Below, piece by piece: positions 23,670 through 34,794 of a DNA stretch of 36,078 nt; the stretch's first letter is position 1; every line of letters begins with the position of its first letter. Both the position numbers and the translations under genes were made by a program. The notes below the pieces were generated by a model. That model did not search any database, was not told where the DNA came from, and saw nothing but the letters and a program-made list of their open reading frames with translations. The DNA is from Octopus sinensis (lineage: Eukaryota): assembly GCF_006345805.1 (NCBI RefSeq), contig NW_021836590.1, forward strand, positions 1 to 36,078. The letters run 5' to 3'.

Positions 23670-24145
23670 TTTACTTATTTCAGTTATTGGACTGTGACCA
23701 AGCTGGAGCATCGACTTCAAATGTTTTAGTCGAGTAAACCGAACCCAGGATTCGTTTCAGTGGTTAGGGTTTTGCACTCACGATCGCAAGATTGTGATTT
23801 CGGTTCCCTGACCGGGCAGTGCCTTGTGTTCTTAAGTTAAGCACTTCATCTCACGTTGCTATGCGATCTCTTCGACACCTGATGATTGGTATACGATGCA
23901 CCTGTTCAGGTAACATTGATTTTAATGGAGGCAGTGAGCTAATATACAGCACATACCTTTGTTTCAGTCAATTGACTGTGGCTATGCTGGAGCACCGTCT
24001 TGAAGGGTTTTAGTCTAGCATATCGAGCCCACTACTTATTTTATCGATTACTTTGCTGAACCGCTAAGTTGCGGGGTACGTAAACACACCAATACCAGTT
24101 GTCAAGCTGTGGTGGGGGACAAACACAGACACATGCATATATGTA
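23670..24145. mobile_element. Degenerate SINE fragments (family A tails on minus strand; tRNA-like head on plus at 23757-23860)
   Basis: Homology to family A tail and to the family C-like head. Confidence 0.65.
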
Positions 24146-24177
24146 GTCCGATATATATATATATATATATATAATAT

Positions 24178-25045
24178 AAATTAGAGATAAAACCACTATT
24201 ATGCAACTCAAATAGTGCATAAATAACAAATAATATATATTTTTATAAAACATAACTAGATCTCAAAAAGTATAAAAATGAATTATCAATATATAATATA
24301 TAATAAGTAAAAAAACTACGTACGTTTCATGGCTACAATTAAATTCGAATTACAATTAAGTTTAAATTCAATTGAAATAAATTCTATTTAAAATTATAGT
24401 CAATCTTCAGGTTAATGATAATAGTTAAATAAATAAACAAATAGAGTTAAACAATATTTATTTAAAAAATAAATAAAATAATAATTTTTCTTATAGAAAA
24501 AACTCCATTAACTAAATTTGAAACTTAAAACATTAGGATTATTTCCTACAACACATTTATTATGTTAAATATTTAATTTTTAAGGTAAAAAATAGATAGA
24601 AATATGTATTTATCTTTGAAGATATAATTTGGCTTAAAAAACATGATAAACTATCGAATATCTTTAACTCAGTTATACTCCAATATTTAATAACCAAATT
24701 ATTTTACAAAATAATCACTATTAATATTTTTAGATTTAAGTTCACATCTAATGATTATAAAATAATAAATACATAAAAATAGGTATCTAAATTATAATCA
24801 ACAAATATAGTAATTAAAAATTTTCTCTATCAATAAATATATAAACATATAACCAAAAATAAATTAGTCCATTATTACTTACATAAATATTGTAAATATC
24901 TATAGAATATATCTATGAAATACAATTGAAAAATTGAAAAATCAAATTAAAAATGTATAACCTATCTTTAAAAAAAACTTATTATTACTATTATCATCAC
25001 TATTATCATCACTATTATCATCATTATCAAAAACATTTCTACGAT
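24178..25045 (-). mobile_element. Extremely AT-rich hammerhead-bearing element 3
   Basis: Bounded by TA-rich repeats; HHR ~135 nt from the 3' end; no ORF recognised. Confidence 0.6.
24314..24413 (-). ncRNA. Type I hammerhead ribozyme with long stem II
   Basis: aac CTGAAGA t-tgactataa...ttgtagcca-t GAAA c-gtac-g TA gtt; perfect core, GUA site. Confidence 0.82.
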
Positions 25046-25092
25046 CTATATATACGTATGTATATATATATTATATCTATAGATATATAATA

Positions 25093-25591
25093 AATTTATA
25101 TATAGAGGGCATAATTATACATACATGCCAGGAGGCATTATATATACTTGCCAAACGCTAAGAGGGACAATCAGTCATTTCTACCAAAAATATTACTAAT
25201 ACACCGAATGCAATTTTCAAAGTAGACATTTAAAAATATAGGCCTGTATCACAGTGATTCATACTTACGTAATCATCAGCAGGCCTGAATGATTACGTAA
25301 GTATGAAATCACTGTGATACAGGCCTATATTTTAAATGTCTTACTTTGAAAATGGCATTCGGTGGGATAGTAATATTTTTGGTAGAAATGATGATTGTCC
25401 CTCTTAGCGTTTGGCAAGTATATATAATGCCTCCTGGCATGTATGTATAATTATGCCCTCTATATATAAATTAATATGTTCAATAAGAAATAATTATTTC
25501 GAATTTTTTCTCTTATGAGGTTTTTACGCTATCTACCTGACAATTTCTTGTTAAGTTTTCCTTATTAAGTAGTTGTCCTTAATTGCAAAAT

Positions 25592-25595
<4 letters not shown>
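25093..25595 (+). mobile_element. Fold-back hammerhead element 4 (spacer-less ~190-bp palindrome plus 3' tail)
   Basis: Arms 25093-25283 and 25284-25472 centred on aggcct; unique tail to 25595, then (TA)n. Confidence 0.85.
25240..25286 (-). ncRNA. Type I hammerhead ribozyme (mirror copy on plus strand at 25281-25326)
   Basis: aggcctg CTGATGA t-tac-gtaa-gta-t GAA(A) tcactgtga TA caggcct. The minus copy has GAA; the plus copy has GAAA but a damaged CUGAUGA. Confidence 0.75.
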
Positions 25596-25625
<30 letters not shown>

Positions 25626-25629
25626 TACA

Positions 25630-25820
25630 TACGACGAGCTTGTTTTCAGTTTCCGTCAACCAAATCCACTCACAAGACTTTGGTCGACCCGAAGCTATGC
25701 TAGAAGACACTTGCCAAAGGTGCCACTTGCCAAAAGTGCCACTGCGTGGCACCTTTGGCAAGTGTCTTCTAGCATGTGGTTTGTGAGTAAGCTTCTTACT
25801 ACACAGCCACGCCTGCGCCT
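25630..25820 (-). mobile_element. SINE family A 5' half with internal inversion
   Basis: atgctagaagacacttgccaaaggtgccac mirrored by gtggcacctttggcaagtgtcttctagcat. Confidence 0.8.
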
Positions 25821-26363
25821 ATACATGAATGTATGTTTATGTATGTTTAAGAAATTAATCGTGTGAGTGAGTCAGTGACTGAGTGAGTGAGTGAGTGAGT
25901 GAGTGAGTGAGTGACGGAGGTTGGGCGTGGGGAGAGAATGACTGGGTTGCCTGAGACACAGATTGATGAGAACCAATATTTGCGAAGAAGAACTTCCAGA
26001 CGAGCTATGAAATATAGTAACTACATTTATCTCGCATTAATTTAATGTATTACGCTCACATTTACAGACAGGCAAACACATACAGACACCCACCCAGACA
26101 CATTAATTCTATCGGTTATACAGAGGAAGAGCAACGATCTGGTGAAACTTGGTTCATTTGAACTGGTTCAACTGGAACTTTTCTAGTTTGAAACTCTGAC
26201 TAACCTGTAAGAAAATGTTCATTGTTACAGATGCATACATACGAAGAAAATACGCACATGCACACACATGTGTAAGATTAGTGAAAATGTATGCAAAAAT
26301 ACAAACGTGTATATATACACACATTCACGTTTACATGTAATATATATATTTTCACAATTTGAG

Positions 26364-26595
26364 GGCGGCGAGCTGGCAGAAATGTTAGCACACCGGGCGA
26401 AATGCTTAGCGCTATTTCGTCAGCCGTTACGTTCTGAGTTCAAATTCTGCTTAGATCGACTTTGCCTTTCATACTTTCAGGGTCGATAAATTAAGTACCA
26501 TTTACGCACTGGGATCGATGTAATCCACTTAATCCGTTTGTCTGTCCTTGTTTGTCCTCTCTGTGTTTAGCCCCTTGTGGGTAGTAAAGAAATAG
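26364..26595 (+). mobile_element. SINE family B
   Basis: Homology to 9857-10087. Confidence 0.9.
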
Positions 26596-26823
26596 GCTTC
26601 TCGTCTCCATGCTTACATCAAATTCTCAGTTGATGGAATTTATACTTCCTTAGCTGGAAGACCGAAGGAGCTCTTCGGGAATCCGTCACACTTTGGTTCC
26701 ACTGAAATAAGTTCCTTTGGTAATTATTACGATACCGTTTAATTATTGAAGAATCCAGATCAAGCGAGATCTGATGGACATACTGAGATATCAGTCGCAA
26801 CAAGAATATAAGTGAGAGTATAA

Positions 26824-27240
26824 AGCGACGAGCTGGCAGAAACGTTAGCACGCCGGGCGAAATGCGTAGCCGTATTTCGTCTGCCGTTACGTTCTGAGTT
26901 CAAATTCCGCCGAGGTCGACTTAGCCTTTCATCCTTTCGGGGTCGATAAATTAAGTACCAGTTACGCACTGAGGTCGATGTAATCGACTTAATCCGTTTG
27001 TCTGTTCTTGTTTGTCTCCTCTGTGTTTAGCCCCTTGTGGGCAGTAAAGAAATAGGTATTTCGTCTGCCGCTACGTTCTGAGTGCAAATTCTGCCGATGT
27101 CGACTTTGCCTTTCATCCTTTTCGGGGTCGATTAAATAGGTACCAGTAACGCACTGGGGTCGATGTAATTGACTTGATCCGTTTCTCTGTCTTTGTTCGT
27201 CCCGTCTGTGTTTAGCCCCTTGTGGGCAGTAAAGAAATAA
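26824..27240 (+). mobile_element. SINE family B, two-unit form, with TSD
   Basis: Imperfect TSD aagaatataagtgagagta / aagaatataagcgagaata. Confidence 0.9.
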
Positions 27241-28599
27241 GAATATAAGCGAGAATAGTCTGGTGTTGGCTTGATTATTGAGGAAGAAATAACAGTTCCA
27301 CTGTTCGAACTTCTTCGACACTCAACAAGAATTCGAGAAGCACCACCTCAGGTACATTATGTTACACTTTACTCTAAGACTGACATTTAGACATTTGTCA
27401 TAAACACTGACATGTTACAGTTATGCTTCCACTACAAAGGATGAATATTTTAGCCGAGGACAACAATTTAATTGTCAGTAATTGTTTATAGTCGCAATAG
27501 TCATGCTATGTCATATGGGATACATTACTATTCTCGGTTTTATTGCATTTTATTTTAATATTCCGCTATTAATTTCGATTTCAAAAATGTATTTTATGAG
27601 ATTAATAGCAGCTATTACTACACGCTAAATAACTCCAGCAAACTTTTCTTTCCATCAATATGTCTGAAGCTGATATATATTTAGATTCTGTTTAGGAGGA
27701 TTTATTTGGACAAATGAAATGTTATTTACAATGGCTAACGTTTCCACGTCCCTGTCCTCTACCTCGATATCTTGATTGATACTTAGACTAAATATAATAG
27801 ATTATAGTTTATTATGATGGTTCGACCAAATATTATATTGGTCATGCATTTATGCCTTATGTCTCTGGCTAATATTGTATAATTGCGACAATACATAATA
27901 GAAAATAATCTATCGCTGGAAAATATTAGAAGAGAAAAATATCGTAAAATACAGAATCGTACGTAAAATCTGAGATGAATGACAAAACCATTTTAACTTA
28001 GAGACATAATATTGATTAATAACCGAATAAATTTACAGAAAACATTGCTGAAATCCTCAGCTGATGAATAAGATAATAAAAATCTGATTGTATAATTATA
28101 AGTAAGAGAATTCAAAATAAAATTCCTCCAATACGAACATGAATTATCGGCTAACGTCAGCAATTGCTGATGTCAATATCGGCATTAAATCATATTCCAT
28201 AGTATATTTTATAGTTTATGGCTTTCAGAAATATGGGTATTTCCAGTAAATGCAATTATATTTATAATTTTAAGCCTAATGTATAACGAATCGTATGTTC
28301 AAAGAAATTGTTTATACTGATATTAAAAATTGCCTCATCTGAGAACAACCTCGCTTCACAACTCTTAACTCTCAAAGAATTAGGCGGATTGTGACACTTT
28401 CGTTATAACTAGTCTACTTTTCTCTTTTGTACTTAGATGCACGCATTTGTGCAACTATAAATACGATATTATTTATACCTGCACATATGAGCATACATGT
28501 GCATTTATGTGCAATTATTGCTATTATATAATATTATACATCTGCATATGTGTATTCTTTTATACTTGCTTCTGTCACCGGTATTAGTGACAGAAGCAA

Positions 28600-28996
28600 G
28601 GTGGCGAGCTGGCAGAAATGTTAGCGTGCCGGGCGAAATGCTTAGCGGTATTTCGTCTGCTGTTACGTTCTGAATTCAAATTCCGCCGAGGTCGACTTTG
28701 CCTTTCATCCTTTCGGAGTCGAGTAAATAAGTACCAGTTACGCACTGGGGTCGATATAATCGACTTAATCCGTTTGTCTGTCCTTGTTTGTCCTCTCTGT
28801 GTTTAGCCCCTTGTGGGTAGTAAAGAAATAGGTATTTCTCCCGTCACTGCGTTCTGAGTTCTAATTCCGCTGAGGTCGACTTTGCCTTTCATCTTTTCGG
28901 GGTCGATAAATTAAGTACCAGTTACGCACTGGAGTCGATGTAATCGACTAGTTCCCTTCCAACAAATTTCAGGCCTTGTGCCTATAGTAGAAAGGT
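28600..28996 (+). mobile_element. SINE family B, two-unit form with alternative tail
   Basis: Second unit ends ccttgtgcctatagtagaaagg. Confidence 0.9.
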
Positions 28997-29445
28997 TTAT
29001 TAAAGTAATAATTCTGTTGAAAGATAAAACATAAAAGAATTCCATTGAAAGATAAAACAGAAAAAGTGTATATAATTTAGCTTCTCCTGGGAATGACTTT
29101 AAACTACATCCAGTAGTGGGACCTTCGTTCGGGGGTTCCAGGTTTTTGAAGAGCATGGAACTACTTCTTAAACAGTTGTTCTCAGATCTACTCTCACCTT
29201 GAGTTGTAGCACCTGTCAGGGTTTTAGTTATGGGTTAATTAACATATCACGGAACTACCTCAAGAAGAAAAGCACTCACTAGATCGCAAAAGGACTCAGG
29301 ATAGCTGATGCCCTTCAGCTCCTAAGCTGCATATCTAAGAGAGGATAACTCCTAATAATTCTGCCTCTTGATGACTACTGGGCTAGTGGCGCTTGTTGCA
29401 CTAGACCAATACAGGGTTAAAGGTAGAGAGAATGTGACTGGTTCT

Positions 29446-29677
29446 TATTTCTTTACTACCCACAAGGGGCTAAACACAGAGGGGACAAACAAGGACAGAC
29501 AAACGGATTAAGTCGATTATATCGAGCCCAGTGCGTAACTGGTACTTATTTAATCGACTCCGAAAGGATGAAAGGCAAAGTCGACCTCGGCGGAATTTGA
29601 ACTCAGAACGTAGCAGCAGACGAAATACCGCTAAGTATTTCGCCCGACGCGCTAACGATTCTGCCAGCTCGCCGCCT
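29446..29677 (-). mobile_element. SINE family B with 15-bp TSD
   Basis: aatgtgactggttct at 29431-29445 and 29679-29693. Confidence 0.93.
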
Positions 29678-29852
29678 AAATGTGACTGGTTCTGCACAAA
29701 CCTTGCCCAGCACCAAGACGACACCAGCACCAAGACGACACCAGCAGCAACACCATCACATTGGTGATGTTAGCTGTGTATCTTGTTCCTCATTCGTCGA
29801 AGCGACGTGAGAGTCCAGTATACGATTTAACTGTTGTAAAAAAAACACGTAA

Positions 29853-30269
29853 GGGATCTTTTCGGTTTGAACGGCAGTTTTTTACATAATTTCTAGGTAA
29901 CTAAAAAATTGTTAAACTTCGTATACTGGTAGAATGTGTTTATGAAACATCTTTTTCTCTTGGCTTTATTAAGAAAATTCTATAGTTTGTAAGATATTTG
30001 TTGTTGTTTTTTCTTCAATTTCTGCAATTTCAACCAATCAATTACGTCTATTGAAGTAAAAAACATTCTGTGCCGTATGAATATGTCCCTCGTTTAAGAA
30101 ACAGATTGGGTTTATTTACATTTCTGAAGAAAAAAAAAGATACCATTCCCCCCACCCCTAACCCTAAAACAGATCGAAATGCAATAGATCGATACTAGGG
30201 TCATAATTATGGGTGACAATTTCATAAGACACCGCTAGAAAAAACTGCCGTTCAAACCGAAAAGATCCC
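29853..30269. mobile_element. 417-bp MITE with 31-bp perfect TIRs and 6-bp TSD
   Basis: TIR gggatcttttcggtttgaacggcagtttttt; TSD acgtaa at 29847-29852 and 30270-30275. Confidence 0.93.
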
Positions 30270-30908
30270 ACGTAAGCAAACATCCTAAAACACGCAAGTA
30301 CACAAATATCTGCTTCGTTAGTACAACATAACCCACTGCTTCTCTATTGTTGTTTCACACCAATGAAGACAAAATGCGCGTCGCAATTTTCCAACGATTG
30401 CTTATCTACTCGAAGCTATATTTGTTTTATTATCTTTAGTTACCATTTAACCGTTTCCGTTTGTAAATCTGTACATAATAGGTATTTTGAGAATTAATGA
30501 GCCGTACCTACAGATACTTCGTTACCAAACACAGCCCAACTTTTCATAACAGGATCTACCCTACGCTAAATGAAAGCAATTAAAATACGTACGTATTTTG
30601 TTATCGCTTAGTCCTGGTCTAACAGAACTACGATCCGAAATATTTCATCCGTGGCCATTCAGTTTTTATTTAGAAGTGTTATGTATTCATATTGATCGTC
30701 CAGTTTAGGAGGGTGGCTATGATATTCAGATTGGGGCGACTATTTCAAGCAGGTCGAGAAAGGATGTGGGCGATTTTGGTCCTAAATGCACATGGTTGAA
30801 GTGAATGAATTAGATTTAACTAGTATTTACTTGTGAATACATGTCTAGATACGTGTGGATATATATTATTCGTATTGCTATATGTAGATATTTGCATTTA
30901 TGTACTGT

Positions 30909-30979
30909 GGGTTATATTATACTGAAGACGGCAGGAAGATTTGATATCCCCAAGCTAGAAATCGGTCTATAACGAACCC
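30909..30979 (+). ncRNA. Minimal type I hammerhead ribozyme (element 5, ~30820-31108, ending at (CATA)/(TA)n)
   Basis: gggtt-ata-ttata CTGAAGA c-ggc-a-gga...tcc-ccaa-gct-a GAAA t-cg-g TC tataa-cg-aaccc; extended stem I with internal loop; GUC site. Confidence 0.82.
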
Positions 30980-31132
30980 TTTTTAAAAAAATCTTCTTTA
31001 TTCCTTCTCTCGCTTTCACTCTGTGCCAACGGAGTACAAGATGTGGCTTTAGTGCGATTTGGCGCCTATCTCTAGCATACTGGTGTTGTTTATCAGCATC
31101 CATTATTATACATACATACATACATACATACA

Positions 31133-31171
<39 letters not shown>

Positions 31172-31180
31172 TATATATAT

Positions 31181-31213
<33 letters not shown>

Positions 31214-31649
31214 ATATATATATATATTATATATATATATATATATTATATATATATATATATATAATATATATATGTATATATATATATATAAACATTT
31301 ATATTATATTGTGCTATATATGATACATCATTTTCCTTTTTGCTTTTTCGTTTCGTCTTCTCTATCTTTTTTTTCTCGCTTTCAGCTTTTCTGCCATTAT
31401 ATTTTTTCTTCTCTCTGTTACTTGTATGCCCTTCTCTTACATAGAAAATCTTTTAGATTAATATTGGCCTAAGTGCAATAAATCTAACAACTCTAACTAT
31501 TAATTATTTGGGAAGCCGATAAATTCTCATTCAGTTTCCATCATGTTTTTCCTGGTGGTCAGTTTCGTTTCGTTTTTTCAATAACACCTTGTGCGGACAT
31601 AGATGTAAGTCTTCTATTCCTTGTCTCAGTCTATTCTTTGTCTCCCTCT

Positions 31650-31684
<35 letters not shown>

Positions 31685-31842
31685 CCACACTCTGTGTATA
31701 TGAATATATATGTGTGTGTGTGTGTGTGTGTAATGCTTAAATGTATATGTGAAGGTCCGTATGTGTCTGTGTGTCCCCATATCTATGTAAACTACATTCT
31801 CTATTGTCCATTTCTTTTCAGCTCTTTTTACATTTACGTTGC

Positions 31843-31877
<35 letters not shown>

Positions 31878-32080
31878 TAATTTTGCTTCAGTTCTTTTTT
31901 TTATCCTGTCACGTTTGTCATTCACGCTTTTCGGCCGCCTTCATCTTTCTTTACGTTAACCCTTCTTTATTTCCTTCGTTCTTTCTTTCCTTCTCACTCC
32001 CGTTTTCAGTTCAACTATTTCTTTCTTTCATATGATTTCTTTCGTAGTCATCAATTAAATGTTCTTATTTACTTCTCTGA

Positions 32081-32443
32081 AGGCAGCGAGCTGGCAGAAA
32101 CGTTAGCACGCCGGACGAAATGCGTAGCCGTATTTCGTCTGCCGTTACGTTCTGAGTTCAAATTCCGCCGAGTTCGACTTTGCCTTTCATCCTTTCGGGG
32201 TCGATTAAATAAGTACCAGTTACGCACTGGGGTCGATGTAATCGACTTAATCCGTTTGTCTGTCCTTGTTTGTCCTCTCTGTGTTTAGCCCCTTGTGAGT
32301 AGTAAAGAAATAAGTATTTCGTCTGCCGCTACGTTCTAGTTCAAATTCCGCCGAGGTTGACTTTACCTTTCATCCTTTTGGGATGCACCAGTTGCGTACT
32401 GGGGCAAATCTAATCGACTAGCCCCCATGTGCCTAGAGTAGAA
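32081..32443 (+). mobile_element. SINE family B with degenerate second unit
   Basis: Same restart junction at ~32315. Confidence 0.9.
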
Positions 32444-32603
32444 AATATTTTTTCATACTTCTCTCTTGCTCTCTTTCTTTCTTTATTTCTCTGCGACTCT
32501 ATATCATTCTTCCTTCGAGATATCGTTATATGCTGCATCTTCCGCCGATGTATGCGCGCGCGCGTGTGTGTGTGTGTGTGTGTGTGTGTTTGTGTGTGTA
32601 ACA

Positions 32604-33085
32604 TATTCTATCGGCTTCTTTGCTGTACCTCCAGGTTACGGGGACGTAAACAAACCATCATCGGTTGGCAAGCAGTAGTAGGGCACAAACATAAGCACAA
32701 AAACATACACACACACATGCATAAATACATGTGTATGCGTGTGTTTGTGTATGTATATATATACATGAATGGTCCCACCGCGTGGCACCTTGGGCAAGTG
32801 TCTTCTACTATAGCCTCGGGCCGACCAAAGCCTTTAAGTGGATTTGGTAGACGAAAACTGCTAAATTACGGAGAAATAAACACACCAGCATCAGTTGTAA
32901 ACCAATGGCGGAGGGACAAACACACACACACACACACATACACGACAGACTTCTTTCAGTTTCTGTCTACCAAATCCACTCACAAAGCCCGAGGCTATAG
33001 AAGACACCTGCACTAGGTGCCACGCACTGGGACTGAATCAGGAACTATGTGGTTTGGAAGCAAGCTTCTTACCACACAACCACAC
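32604..33085. mobile_element. Mosaic of SINE family A fragments in both orientations
   Basis: Minus 32604-32720, plus 32773-32860, minus 32860-33085. Confidence 0.75.
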
Positions 33086-33103
33086 CTATCAATCAATCAA
33101 TCA

Positions 33104-33160
<57 letters not shown>

Positions 33161-33277
33161 CACTAATCTCTCGCTATATCGCGGTTCACCAATCGCGGTT
33201 TATCATTTAAGCTTACGTCGATTCCTCCGTGGTGTTGCTTTGCATTTATAATAAGACAAATATATGCAAATTATAAA

Positions 33278-33338
<61 letters not shown>

Positions 33339-33339
33339 T

Positions 33340-33377
<38 letters not shown>

Positions 33378-33488
33378 TAATAATAATAATAATAAACATA
33401 CAGTACAGTACTGTTTCTCCTTCGCGGATTTTCACCTATCGCGGGTGTCTTTGGAACGTAACACCCGCGATAGTCGACGGATTAGTCG
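33161..33488. mobile_element. Tigger/pogo-like MITE with internal (AAT)n
   Basis: Imperfect TA-flanked TIRs cactaatctctcgctatatcgcgg / cccgcgatagtcgacggattagtcg; internal cagtacagtactg. Confidence 0.7.
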
Positions 33489-34054
33489 TAGTAAGATTTG
33501 TTAAGTGATCGTGGTGGATATAGTCGGTTAAGTCTGTAAGCATAAACAAGGGGTGTGTAGAAAATACAAATGGTTCGATAACTAATCGATATAATTTACA
33601 AATCATTGCATGAAATCCAGTCCATCCCATATCGGGATTAGAGAGAAAATTCCGATATGTCTTGCTATACGACTCCATCTCAAAAGCAACAAACATTGCT
33701 TATAATGCGATACTCAAACAGACATGTGATGAGTGTGTGGGTGTATATTCTTGTGTATACACCTTGTGTAAGTAGTTTCACAAGTAATGCTATGAACAAG
33801 TAAAAAACAATATACTTCTCCTTAGCTGCAAGTTTTTGTTTGGGTTGCGGCGCATCGATTTCAGCGTTTATCAAAATATAGGAAACTACTCAATAATTCC
33901 TAGTCAGCGGATGTCTTATTGTTGAAACTTCCTTGGTAAAGATGCAAAAGCTGTTTAAGATATTCAGTCACTTCCTCGATTATGGCCCATTTAATTCAAG
34001 ACGGATTAGAAGCTCTCAAATATTCAATCAAACTCGGTCATTTGTCTGCATAGT

Positions 34055-34360
34055 GAAGGCGCGTGGCTTAGTGGTTAAGCTTATTCTGCTCCCGAACGTA
34101 AGGTCGTGATTTCAGTTCCCGGCAGCACTATTGTATCTTGAGCAAGAAGCTTTATTTCATTTTGCTCCAGTCATTCATCTGGCAATAATGAGTAGTGCCA
34201 ACTATTTCAGAGGACCAGCTCTGTCACATTCTGTGTCATGCTGACTCTCCTTGAGAACTACGGTAAGGGTACGCGTGTCTGTGTAGTACTCAGCCACTTG
34301 CACGTTAATTTTACAACAGGCTGTTCCGCTGATCGGATCAACTAGAACCGAGGGAGCGCC
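34055..34360 (+). mobile_element. SINE related to family C
   Basis: Head ggcgcgtggcttagtggttaag; body ctcagccacttgcacgttaattt...caggctgttcc as in 8693-9075. Confidence 0.8.
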
Positions 34361-34746
34361 AGTTGATTCCGACACCTTTTAAGTAAAAAACGAAATTTCC
34401 GCTTTACTCTCATACGATTCCAGATTCGACGCTGATTGTAAAGTTTCTACTAAAAATACGAACAAAATCTCCCCTCATTAGGGTCGAAAACCGATCAAGG
34501 ATGTCTTAGTCTTAAATCTACAGAAAAATGGGCAAAATTGATATGTTTCAATGTCTGCTATGTACTTTTACATATATCACATCATACCTTGATACTGCGT
34601 GGACTGAGAGTCCCATTGGCTAGCTTTTGGTATTAAGTAAAGTGTGGAACACTATGGTATGCAAATTAATAAGACCAGTAATTACTGGAATTGTTGAGTA
34701 TGTAATGTAATTAGAATGGCTACTTGTTTCTCTCAGATTTATGTGT

Positions 34747-34794
34747 ACACCTCTGATGAGACTGCAACAAGAAACGAAAATCGATTAAGGATGT
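34747..34794 (+). ncRNA. Minimal type I hammerhead ribozyme (element 6)
   Basis: acacct CTGATGA g-actgcaacaagaaa-c GAAA a-tcga-t TA aggatgt; perfect core and palindromic UCGA loop; stem II reduced to one G-C pair. Confidence 0.75.

Noticed and set aside
24430-25040. Mitochondrial insertion or GIY-YIG coding remnant in the AT-rich block
   Set aside because: No recognisable mitochondrial gene or open frame in the part I translated.
30155-30168. Interstitial telomere
   Set aside because: Only two CCCTAA units, inside a MITE.
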